Of a stretch of DNA of 64,000 nt, positions 26,610 to 36,157 are shown one piece after another (positions within the stretch are counted from its first letter, which is position 1; each line of letters begins with the position of its first letter). The position numbers and the translations under genes were made by a program. The stretch is from an uncultured Planctomycetaceae bacterium (lineage in GTDB: Bacteria; Planctomycetota; Planctomycetia; Isosphaerales; Isosphaeraceae), in the NCBI GenBank assembly GCA_963833985.1, contig CAWIAD010000001.1, positions 2,016,001-2,080,000 on the forward strand, given 5' to 3'. The notes under the pieces were generated by a model. The model was given only the letters and a program-made list of their open reading frames with translations, did not search any database and was not told the origin of the DNA.

Positions 26610-27093
26610 GTGTCCAAAAAGTTACACGTGACCTCCGTGGTGAACCGGGAGCCTGTCGAGTTCCTCTGCGAACCCAGGCAGAGCCTGCTGGAGGTGCTCC
26701 GCGACACCCTCCATCTGACCGGGTCCAAGGAGGGCTGCAACAACGGCAACTGCGGCGCCTGCACGGTGCTGCTGGACGGCCTGCCGGTGAACAGTTGCCT
26801 GGTGCTGGCCGTGGAAGCCGAGGGAGCCGAGATCGAGACCATCGAAGGGCTTGCCCGCCTGGGCCACCTGCATCCCGTCCAGAAGTGCTTTCTCGAGGGC
26901 GCAGCACTCCAGTGCGGCGTGTGCACTCCCGGGTTCCTGGTCGCCGCCAAGGCGCTCCTGGATCGCCACCCGAACCCGACCGAACAGGAAATCCGCTTCA
27001 ACCTGGCAAACAATCTCTGCCGTTGCACCGGCTATGACAAGATCGTCCATGCCGTGCAGGCGGCCGCGGCCGAGCTGCGCTGCACAACCCTGA
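26610..27093 (+). CDS. Xanthine dehydrogenase family 2Fe-2S subunit (CoxS-like)
   Basis: KEGCNNGNCGACTV..NSC, LQCGVCTPG, NLCRCTGY. As assembled it reads through into the large subunit, but a TGA at 27091-27093 in another frame and an RBS before ATG 27120 suggest separate genes. Confidence 0.88.
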
Positions 27094-27119
27094 CAAGGCA
27101 ATCGACAGAGGCACATCCC

Positions 27120-29395
27120 ATGGCGCACACCGATGAGCTTTACCTCGGCAAGACCCAGTACCAGGTGCTCGGCCAGAGGCCCGTGCGGCACGACGGCGCG
27201 GACAAGGTGACCGGCAAGGCCCTCTATGCCGCCGACATCCAGCTTCCCAACATGGCACATGGGAAGATTGTCCGCAGCCCACACGCCCACGCGCGGATTG
27301 TCTCCGTCGATGCGACGGCGGCCCTGAAGATTCCCGGTGTCTTCGCCGTGGTCACCGCGGACGACTTTCCCGCGCTCCAGAGCCACAGCGAGGTCATGGG
27401 CGAGGGCGGCGCAGTCAACCTGGCGCACATGGCGGCCAACTGCCTGGCCACGGAGAAGGTCCTTTATCGGGGCCATGCCGTGGCGGCCGTGGCCGCGGCG
27501 AACCCGCACCTGGCGGAAGAGGCGGCCGGCCAGATCAATGTGGAATACGAGATCTTGCCCAGCGTGACCTGGGTGCTCGACGCCATGAAGGACGACGCCC
27601 CGATCTTGCTGGACGACCTGCGCACGGACTTCCTGGGCAAGAAGGGCGACCGGCCCACGAACGTCGCGCTCCATCTCCAGTTCGAGAAAGGGAACATCGC
27701 CGAGGGTTTCGCCCAGGCCGATGTCGTCATCGAGCGTGAGTTCCGAACGGCCAGCGTGCACCAAGGGTACATCGAGCCACACGCCACCGTGGCCCTCTGG
27801 AACGAGGACAACCGGCTGAAGGTCTGGGCGTCGACCCAGGGTGCATTCAACTGCCGTCAGCAGGTTGCCGATCTTTTGCAGATTCCGGTCTCGCAGTGCC
27901 TTGTCATCCCCTGCGAGATCGGCGGCGGGTTCGGCGGCAAGATCGCCGTTTACCTTGAGCCGGTAGCGGCCCTGCTGAGCCGCAAGTGCGGCCGGCCCGT
28001 GAAGCTCACCATGCAGCGCAACGAGGTCTTCGAAGGGACCGGACCAACCCCCGGCTCGTTTCTCCGCGTCAAGCTCGGCGCCACCAGGGACGGCAAGCTC
28101 ACCGCCGGTGAGGCGTGGCTGGCCTACGACTGCGGCGCCTTCCCCGGCGGCGTCATCGGTCCGGGCTGCATGTGCGTGTTCAGTTGCTACGAACTGCCCC
28201 ATGCCCGGGCGGACGGCTTCGACGTCCTGGACAACAAGCCCAAGACCCAGGCCTACCTGCGCCCGGGGCCACCCAGGCGGCGTTCGCCTGTGAGCAGGTC
28301 GTCGATGAGCTGGCCGCGCGCCTGGGCATCGACCCGCTCGAGTTCCGGCTCAAGAATGCCGCCAAGGAGGGAACCCGGCGCGTCGATGGCCCGGTCTACC
28401 CGCGCGTCGGCCTGGTCGAATGTTTGCAGGCGGCAAAGCAGAGCGAGCACTGGAACACGCCCCTGGAAGGCCCGCATCGCGGCCGCGGCATCGCGGCCGG
28501 GTTCTGGTTCAACATCGGACTGGCATCGAGCTGCTCGGGGAGCGTCAACGGCGACGGCATCGTCACGCTGGTCGAGGGCTCGACCGACATCGGCGGCACC
28601 CGTACCAGCATCGCCATGCAACTGGCCGAGACGCTCGGCATCGGGTCGCAGGACGTGCTGCCGCAGGTGGGCGACACCGACTCGGTCGGCTTCACCTTCC
28701 TGACCGGAGGCAGCCGCACCACCTTCGCCACCGGCCTGGCCGCCTACAAGCTGGCACTCGATCTCCAGGAGCAGATGAAGACTCGCGCGGCCATCCTCTG
28801 GGAATGTGATCCCTCGGCCGTCTCGGTGGAGAACGGCATCTACCGCCAGAACGGCCAGTCGCTCTCGTTCAAGGAACTCGCCGGGAAGATCGCCGAGCTC
28901 GGCCTGGAGCCCGTGGTGGGACGGGCGTCGGTCAATCCCGAGGGATCCACCAACGCCTTCGGCGTGCACATTGCCGACGTCGAAGTGGACCCCGAGACCG
29001 GCAAGGTGACCATCCTCCGTTACACCGCCATCCAGGATGCCGGCAAGGCCGTGCATCCCAGCTACGTGGAAGGCCAGATGCAGGGGGGAGTGGTTCAGGG
29101 AATTGGCTGGGCCCTGAACGAAGAGTACTTCTACGATCACAGGGACCAGATGCGCAACGCCAGCTTTCTGGACTACCGCATGCCCACCTGCCTGGACGTG
29201 CCGCTCATCGAGACGATCATCGTCGAGGTGCCCAATCCCACGCACCCGTTCGGCGTGCGCGGAGTCGGCGAGACGCCGATTGTCGCGCCCCCGGCGACCA
29301 TCGCCAACGCGATCGCCCGTGCCGCGGGCGTGCGCATGACCGAGCTGCCGATCTCGCCTCCGGTCCTCTGGAAAGCCATCTCGACAAACTCCTGA
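27120..29395 (+). CDS. Xanthine dehydrogenase family molybdopterin-binding subunit (frameshift ~28258)
   Basis: DKVTGKALYAADI, RSPHAHARI, HQGYIEPH, IGGGFGGK, AY(R)APG, EGQMQGGVVQGIGWAL, GVRGVGETP. Confidence 0.93.
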
Positions 29396-29409
29396 TACGG
29401 GAGCGATGC

Positions 29410-29685
29410 ATGGCCAGGGTATTCATTCCCGTGCCGCTCCGTGAACTGACGGCCGGCCAGACCGAGGTCGAGGTCCAGGTCGAGCCCGAAGGCACGACCG
29501 TCCGCGCGGTCGTCGATGCGCTCGAGGAGCGGTATCCAGGCATCAAGGCGCGTCTCTGCTCCGGCGACGCGCCGGCGCCCGGCCTTCAGGTCGCGGTCGA
29601 TGACACCATGACCACCCGCGGCCTCCGCGCCACCGTGCAACCCACCAGCGAGGTCCACTTCCTGCCCGCCATCGGCGGCGGCTGA
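29410..29685 (+). CDS. moaD: MoaD/ThiS-family sulfur carrier
   Basis: 91-aa beta-grasp pattern ending VHFLPAIGGG (di-Gly C-terminus), 14 bp after the Mo subunit. Confidence 0.88.
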   Translation: MARVFIPVPLRELTAGQTEVEVQVEPEGTTVRAVVDALEERYPGIKARLCSGDAPAPGLQVAVDDTMTTRGLRATVQPTSEVHFLPAIGGG

Positions 29686-29786
29686 AGGCAGAATCACCGA
29701 CCACGGGAAGCCCACCTTCATCGTGGAGGTCACAGGGATCGTGGTCGAAGATCGCGAACCCCGCTGCGCCTGACGCTTTCTCAGTT

Positions 29787-30232
29787 GTGTCGGGTGTGTC
29801 CAGCGCAGCGACGACGCACCGTTTTGCGGCTCGGGCTTCCTCACCGGTCGGGCTCACGCCCGAGGTTGGAGGCTGCGCCCGTGAAAACCACGTACTGACG
29901 CACGTGGCCATGTGCCGCAGAGTGGCATCGTCCCAGAATGGCCTTGGCGCGCCGACCGTAGGGTGGGTCAGCGTAGCGCAACCCACCGGCTGGCAGGGCC
30001 TTGCGTGCGCCGAACCGCACACGCCGTACGACGTCCTGGGACGATGCCCGCAGAGTCCATCACGCCCGCGCACGGTGGCGTGCGTCGCGGGCTCCAGGTG
30101 TGTCGGGTGTGTCCAGCGCAGCGACGACGCACCGTTTTGCGTTCCTGGCTTCCTCACTGGTCGGGCTCACGCCCGAGGTTGGGGGCTGCGCCCGTGAAAA
30201 CCACGTGATCACGCACGTGGCCATGCGCCGCA
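29787..30232. repeat. Two ~133-bp direct repeats (29787-29919 and 30100-30232; period 313 bp)
   Basis: GTGTCGGGTGTGTCCAGCGCAGCGACGACGCACCGTTTTGCG...GGGCTCACGCCCGAGGTTGG..GCTGCGCCCGTGAAAACCACGT...GCACGTGGCCATG in both copies with few substitutions. Confidence 0.9.
29956..30009 (+). repeat. GTAG-type REP unit (~54 bp); inverted copies at 31794-31847 and 32085-32137
   Basis: CCGTAGGGTGGGTCAGCGTAGCGCAACCCACCGGCTGGCAGGGCCTTGCGTGCG versus revcomp CCGTAGGGTGGGTCAGCGCAGCGCAACCCACTGGCTTGCAGACCTTTACGTGCG. Confidence 0.85.
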
Positions 30233-30644
30233 TAGTCCGTGGCGCTGGCGCATGTGGCCATCTGCCGCAGAATCCATGGTGCCCGCGCACGTGGCCATGC
30301 GCCCGGGCTCCAGGCGGAGAAGTCATGGTGCGCGCCCCGGCACGCAAGGATTGCGTGCCCTGCGGCGATGCGGATGCGGACGCAGACGCCCCGGCACGCA
30401 AGCATCGCCTGCCGTACGAACACACCTGCCCGACGGCTGGGGGGGAAAATCAAAAATTCCCCCGGATTCCTCCGATTTTTGGCAGTTTCGGTCGGATCCT
30501 CATAGATAGACGGCAGATCCCGGCACATCGGCCGCGGCTCGCCGAGAGGGCCGCTCCCCGCGCCGCTCCTCAGGTGAACCGCCGGCCGGGGCCGCTCTGC
30601 ACACCGCATACACGACCTGCACCAAAAACAAAGAGAGCAACACC

Positions 30645-32425
30645 GTGGCCACCACAGCCCAGATCGCGGCCAATCGCCGCAACGCCGCAAAAAGCACGGG
30701 GCCGAAGAGCGACCAGGGCAAGGCCCGCGCCCGGCTCAACGCGCTGAGGCATGGCGCCAACGCCCGCATCGCCATACCGGTCCTTCCCCAGGAAGATCCG
30801 AAGGAGCTCGCCGAACGGATCTTGCAGTGGACGTTCGAACTCGTGCCGCGCAACGACGTCGAACGCACCCTGGTCGGCCACGCGGCGCGCATCGATTGGC
30901 AGATCGACCGCGCCGAGCGGGCCGAGACGGCTTACCTCGCGGCTCGCGTCCACCGCCAGCGCGACCGCGACGAGGCCGGGCGGCTGAAGCAGGCCCACCT
31001 CCTGGGCCGCAAGCTGCTGGACACCCTCGACCCGCGCGAGCGGTTCGGCAAGGCCGAGTACTACGAGGACATGCCCGCCGTCTTCCTCGCCCGGCTCGAG
31101 CAGCTCCCCGAGGGCTGCCGCTGGCTCCTCGCGCGGTGGTCCGAGTTCCGCAACCTCATCGACGTGCGGGCCGCCTGGAGCGAAACCGACCACTACCGAT
31201 TCCTGCGGCTCATGGGCAAGAGCTTCCTGGAAGGGATGATCGACCCGGCCGCCAACCGCGTATTCCAGGCCGTCGACGCGATCGAGCCGGGTCAGGGCCG
31301 CGAGCTCTGGGAGCTGTTCCGCAACATGAAAGCCAGTTCCGGCCCCTATTTCAGCGGCGCGATGCCGTGGCGGCGCTGTCGCGCCCGCCGGCGAACGCGA
31401 AAGAGGGCTGGGAGGTCCTCAGCTCGATCGTGGACGAGGCGATCCACCGGCTGGAAGCGCGGCTCGCCGAGCACGAGGACCTGGAGCAGATCGAAGCCGA
31501 CGCCGAGCCCGACCGCGCGGTCTTCGCCGCCAGCAAGGCCGTCGCGGTCCTGCGCAGGCACCAGGGCGCGCTGACCCGCGAGCTGCTGCGTACGCTGACC
31601 GCGCTGTCGAAGCTGCAAAAAGCCGAGCTCGGCGCCGACAACAACAACGAAGCCGACCGCCTCCCCATGCCGGTTGTCCATGAGCCACAGATCGGCCCCG
31701 CGCCCCAGCCGGACGCACGTCAACCACACGATGAATCGCGCAACGGCCGGAATGAAGGGGATGGTCCCGGGATGGCGTCGAGCGGGGGCATCCCGCACGT
31801 AAAGGTCTGCAAGCCAGTGGGTTGCGCTGCGCTGACCCACCCTACGGGTGATTCACCACGAGTTTTTCGCAGTATCTTGAACGAAGCCAATGTTTTGGCG
31901 ATGCAAGTGGATAGTGGCAAGGAGGATACAGCCGTTGCAGAGCGCATCCGGCGGCCAGAACGAACCCAATCGCGCACGCGCCTCGGGCAGGATGCGAATG
32001 GAGGGGAACAGCAGGGAATGGCTACAGATCGCGCGGGAATGGGAAGTAAGGAGACGATGACAAGCATGAAGAGGGGTATCTCACCGCACGCAAAGGTTTG
32101 CCAGCCGGTGGGTTGCGCTGCGCTGACCCACCCTACGAGTGGTGCTCCGCGCGTTTCTCAGAGTATCCTGAACGAAGCCAATGATCTGGCGACGCAAGTT
32201 GATAGTGACAAAGAAGATGCGGGCGTTGCGGAGCGAAACTGCCGGCCAGAACGAACCCAATCCAGGAACTGCGGGAAGGGGGACGAGAGAGACGGGGAAC
32301 GGAAGTATGGCCAGCGCTGCACGCTGCGGGACACGGAAGGGAAGCAGAAAAGGAGAGCAAACCAGCCCGGCGGAAGCGGGGCACGCGAGCGCGCGGCCGT
32401 CGCTACTGAGCCTCTTGCTTCGTGA
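30645..32425 (+). CDS. Hypothetical protein of the 'ANRRNAxKSTGP..GK..NA.RHG' family (frameshift ~31375), with a repeat-derived C-terminus
   Basis: MATTAQIAANRRNAAKSTGPKSDQGKARARLNALRHG..LPQEDP..GCRWLLARW; continues in frame 30827-32425 (..LRRHQGALTRELLRTL..) with a duplicated ~60-aa block. Confidence 0.75.
31794..32261. repeat. Direct duplication (~180-bp homologous block, period 291 bp) inside the 30645 gene
   Basis: REP unit + AGTATC(T/C)TGAACGAAGCCAATG + GGCCAGAACGAACCCAAT occurs at 31794-31970 and 32085-32261. Confidence 0.85.
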
Positions 32426-33362
32426 TGACGTCGTCCGATGGGCGAATTGAGGTCACGTCGAGCCGGCGCAGGAGCGCGGTATTGGCTCGGGCGTTCGTCC
32501 TTGCCGTCTCGGCCGGGACGTGGTCGGGGCTGGGGTGGTCGATCCGGTGGCAGAGACGGTTCAGAGCATGACCAAGCACAATGGGCGACCAGTCGCCAAG
32601 CACGTCGGCGCCGGCAATCCGGCCCTGCGCGAAGGCAAGGAAGACCTCCAGCAGCGTCAGGGCGTCCGCCAGGCGCAACAGGCCGGAATCCCAGTTCACG
32701 GCGGCGTGCTCGGGGATGAGCACATCCTTGTCGACCGAGATATACAGCGGCCAGCGTCCCAGGTCCTCCCGGTAAGGAGTCAGAAGAGCGGACAGGTGCT
32801 CGCGGTCCACACCGTTCTCTCCCAGCAGGGGATGAACCTGGTTCTTCTTCCAGCGTCCGCGCTGGAAAGGCCGCGCCGCGGGGAAGACCACCATGCGGCC
32901 CGCTTCGATGTCGCTCCAGGGGGCCAGCCAGCGGTAGGCGTTGTCGAAATCGAGTTCTCCCCCGCAATGAAAGACGCGCTGGAGGTTCGGCAGCTCGAGC
33001 GCGTGCCGCAGCCAGGTGCCGCAGTGCAGGAAGGGGATGCCCCGCATCCAGTCGGGATGCTTGTCCAGGACCAGCAGGTTAAACGGCGTCGTCTGGCGTT
33101 CCAGCAAGGCCAGCGTGACGTGGTGAAAGTCTCCAGAGCCGTAGAGCACGACGGAGGCTGCCGCGCCCGAGACCTTGTCGCCCCCCAGCGCGGCATGGAG
33201 CCAGCGGCGAAAGCCCCGGTAGCGGCGAAACGAGCAGGCCAGGCGGACCTGCGGCCCCCAGGACCGTGCGTCGATGGGCGGAAGATCCGGGTCTGGCAGC
33301 AGACCGGCCTGGGCAGTCACGCCGCCATCGAGATCGAGGACACGCACGATCACGCTTCGCAT
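32403..33362 (-). CDS. Uncharacterised arginase/ureohydrolase-fold metalloenzyme
   Basis: LYGSGDFHHVT, LLVLDKHPDW (DxHxD), LHCGTW, LYISVDKDVL (DxD), NWDSG, GADVLGD. Confidence 0.75.
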   Translation of the reverse strand: MRSVIVRVLDLDGGVTAQAGLLPDPDLPPIDARSWGPQVRLACSFRRYRGFRRWLHAALGGDKVSGAAASVVLYGSGDFHHVTLALLERQTTPFNLLVLDKHPDWMRGIPFLHCGTWLRHALELPNLQRVFHCGGELDFDNAYRWLAPWSDIEAGRMVVFPAARPFQRGRWKKNQVHPLLGENGVDREHLSALLTPYREDLGRWPLYISVDKDVLIPEHAAVNWDSGLLRLADALTLLEVFLAFAQGRIAGADVLGDWSPIVLGHALNRLCHRIDHPSPDHVPAETARTNARANTALLRRLDVTSIRPSDDVITKQEAQ

Positions 33363-33528
33363 CCGTCTCGCCCCTTCCAGCCCGCGCACCTTGCTCGAAC
33401 TGCACAACCCGAACCTGAAAAACCCTATGTCCGTAAGTATCGGCATGTGTCGCGTCAAGAAGTTGGGAGGCGCGACCGAATGAAAAGGTTGTCTCTGGTC
33501 TTCCCCTCCTCGAACCGGGGTTTCATGG

Positions 33529-34299
33529 ATGAGCCTGACGTTCGTGGGAATCCTGGTTCCGTGCCTCCTTGCGCAGGTGCCGGTGACCGGGTCTTATCTA
33601 TGCCAGCCCGCCCACGCTCGCGACTGGGAGCTGCGCGGGCCTGCCGAAGCGTACGCCCCGCAGGCAGGCGACATCTTCCTGGCCACCGACCAGCGGCTCT
33701 GGTTCCGCTGGGGCCACCTGATTGCCGGTGCCAACGGCGTGCACCATTCGGGAATCGTCATCATCCTGCCCGACGGCACGCCGCGAATCATCGAGGCGGG
33801 TCCCTTCAACAAGATGCGTGTCGAGACGCTGAACCCGTATCAGCACATGCGCACGCATTGCGCGCTGGGCGACCGGGTGTGGGTGCGCCGGCGCAGGGTT
33901 CCGCTCACGCCCGAGCAGTCGGCGCGGTTGACCGCATTCGCCCTAGCGCAGGAAGGCAAGCCGTTCGCCCTGGCGCGGTGGTTCGGGCAGTTGACTCCGC
34001 TGCGGGTGCGCGGACCGATCAAGACCTGGTTCGTTGGCGAGCCGTGCGGCAGCCGGCCGAGGTGGTTCTGTTCGGAGCTGGTCACGGAATGCTGCGTGGC
34101 CGCGGGAATCTGGAGCCACCAGGCGGCCAGGCCGTCGGCCACCTACCCGAGCGACCTGTTCTGGGGGCGTTCGTTCAATCTCTACCTGAACTTTCATCTC
34201 GACGAGCTGGAACAAGGCTGGTATCCGCCGGCGCGGTGGGTGCCGGAGCCGGTGGGCCCGGTGGTGGAAGTGCCGGTTCAGGCGACGCCCCAGCACTAA
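33529..34299 (+). CDS. Secreted permuted papain-like amidase (YiiX/YebB, NlpC/P60 superfamily)
   Basis: GDIFL..HHSGIV..IIEA, then WFCSELV (His before Cys = permuted order); N-terminal hydrophobic leader. Confidence 0.75.
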   Translation: MSLTFVGILVPCLLAQVPVTGSYLCQPAHARDWELRGPAEAYAPQAGDIFLATDQRLWFRWGHLIAGANGVHHSGIVIILPDGTPRIIEAGPFNKMRVETLNPYQHMRTHCALGDRVWVRRRRVPLTPEQSARLTAFALAQEGKPFALARWFGQLTPLRVRGPIKTWFVGEPCGSRPRWFCSELVTECCVAAGIWSHQAARPSATYPSDLFWGRSFNLYLNFHLDELEQGWYPPARWVPEPVGPVVEVPVQATPQH

Positions 34300-35903
34300 A
34301 GAGCCCCGCCGGTGAGCACTTCCATGGCGGCGTTGCGGCCGTTGATGCCGATCACGCTGCCGCCGGGATGCGTGCAGGCGCCGCACAGGAAGACGCCGGG
34401 CATTGGCGTGCGGGGAGAGAGCCGCTTCTCCCACATGTACGCCGGCAGGCACTCCCCCTGGAAGATGTGGCCGCCGGCAAGGCCGACCTCCTGCTCGATG
34501 TCCGGCGGGCCCAGCACCTGGACCGCCTCGACCGATTCGAGAAAACCGTCGCAGAACCGGGCGATCGAGTCGAGGGCCAGTTGCTTGACCTCCTCGCGCC
34601 GGCTGTCCCAGTCGCCCTCGGCGAAGGTGTGCGGCACGTACTGGGCAAAGACGCTCATCGTCTGCACGCCGGCCGGGGCCACCGACGGATCGTGCACGGT
34701 CTGGAAGTACAGCTCGGTCCAGAGCCTGGCGGGGAGGCGGCCGCTCCGGGCCGCGGCAAAGCCGGCCGCCCACTCCGCTTTCGAGAGCGGCGTATTGATC
34801 TGCCCCTTGTGATGGTCCATGAGCGTTCCCGGCCGGGCGCGGAAATTCGGCAGATGCCTGAGCACCACGTTCAGCTTCACGGTGCAGCCCTGCTGCGGAA
34901 TCTGCTCCACGCGGTGCTTCCAGCCGGTGTCGGCGTCCGCGCCCAGCATCCGCAGCGTGGTGCGCGGGTCGGCATTGGAGATCACGTTGCGGGCCTCGAT
35001 GCGCTCGCCCCCCTCCAGCTCGACGCCCTGCCCGGGCAGGATGCGCGCCACCGGAACGCCGGTCGCGACCACGGCTCCCAGGTCACGCGCGATGTCGCAG
35101 AGGATGAACGACACCATGCCCATGCCGCCCCGGACGTAGCCCCACATGCCCGGCGTTCCCCCGAGCCGGCCGGACTGGTGGTGGAAGTGGATCGAGGCGG
35201 TCCCCGGATCGTGCGGACTGGCGTTGGTGCCGATCACCCCCTGTCCCAGGTAGGCCTGCTGCAACCGCTCGTCCTGGAAGTAATGCTCGACACAGTCCAC
35301 CATCGACCACTCGAAGAGCATGTGGCGGGCTTCGGTGTCGCCCCCGAGCCGCTCCTCGATCTGTTCGATGGTCGGCGCCTTGCCCACCCACAGGTCCCCC
35401 TCGCCGGGGGGCCGCAGCGCATCGCGCAACCGCGCCTTGACCTCACCGAAGTCGCGCCAGCCGTCGACGTCGACGGCGGAGAGGCGGCGGACCTCGCGCT
35501 CGCAGCGCTCGTCGTCGTCCCAGAGCTGAATGCTCGAACCGTCCTCGAAGGGCACGAACAGACCGGCCGTGGCGGGATACCACTCGAACCCGTATCCCGG
35601 CATGTTCAGCTCGTCAATGACCAGCGGATGAAGCAGGCCCACGAGGTAGGCGCAAGGGGAGATGAGGAAACCCGGCCAGGGCTCGCCGACGGTGCAGGCG
35701 CCCCCCACGCGAGCACGCGCTTCCAGCACCAGAACTTGCTGGCCGGACCTGGCCAGGTACGCCGCGCACGCCAGTCCGTTGTGCCCGGCGCCAACAACGA
35801 TGCTGTCCCAGCGCCGTGCCGCCAGCTCGCGCAGGGGTGCCTCCAGCGGCAGTTTTCCCAGGGTGTCGCGCGTGCCGCGGCTTCCAACAGGTGTCCCGGC
35901 CAT
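34296..35903 (-). CDS. FAD-dependent oxidoreductase, phytoene dehydrogenase-like family
   Basis: IVVGAGHNGLACAAYLAR, RVGGAC, GGMGMVS, GGHIFQGE, FLCGACTHPGGSVIGINGRNAA. Confidence 0.92.
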   Translation of the reverse strand: MAGTPVGSRGTRDTLGKLPLEAPLRELAARRWDSIVVGAGHNGLACAAYLARSGQQVLVLEARARVGGACTVGEPWPGFLISPCAYLVGLLHPLVIDELNMPGYGFEWYPATAGLFVPFEDGSSIQLWDDDERCEREVRRLSAVDVDGWRDFGEVKARLRDALRPPGEGDLWVGKAPTIEQIEERLGGDTEARHMLFEWSMVDCVEHYFQDERLQQAYLGQGVIGTNASPHDPGTASIHFHHQSGRLGGTPGMWGYVRGGMGMVSFILCDIARDLGAVVATGVPVARILPGQGVELEGGERIEARNVISNADPRTTLRMLGADADTGWKHRVEQIPQQGCTVKLNVVLRHLPNFRARPGTLMDHHKGQINTPLSKAEWAAGFAAARSGRLPARLWTELYFQTVHDPSVAPAGVQTMSVFAQYVPHTFAEGDWDSRREEVKQLALDSIARFCDGFLESVEAVQVLGPPDIEQEVGLAGGHIFQGECLPAYMWEKRLSPRTPMPGVFLCGACTHPGGSVIGINGRNAAMEVLTGGAL

Positions 35904-36157
35904 GATCGCTAACATCCAGCAAGAAAAGAGGATCTGGCCGACCGACGAGGGCCGTCCAGCAACCTTCGGTGCTCGTCATGCCTCAAAAATACCGAGGTAC
36001 GCACGCGCTGGATACGGGGCAGCGATTCGCACCGGCTGGCCGCAATCCCGAAACAAGGCGATGGATTTTCGGCGGCGTGTTGTAGACTAAGACTACTAGA
36101 CATGCGACGACTGCTTGCTGGAACGGCGTGACCTGGCGGGAGGGTACAGTGCAAGTG

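Noticed and set aside
26580..28703. Genuine Fe-S/Mo subunit fusion
   Set aside because: An out-of-frame TGA at 27091-27093 and an RBS+ATG at 27120 suggest an indel; not fully excluded without reads.
25659..29395. Aerobic CO dehydrogenase coxMSL
   Set aside because: The gene order matches, but the active-site loop lacks AYxCSFR/AYxGAGR and no cox accessory genes are present.
29787..30232. Long direct repeats as CRISPR or DGR template/variable repeats
   Set aside because: Units are 133 bp, only two, non-coding, differences are not confined to adenines, and no reverse transcriptase or cas gene is in the window.
34296..35903. Carotenoid biosynthesis crtI
   Set aside because: Belongs to the broad phytoene dehydrogenase-like family; no crtB/crtE or hopanoid genes nearby.
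32520..35912. 1130-aa + strand ORF
   Set aside because: Antisense/off-frame shadow of three well-supported genes; typical high-GC artefact.
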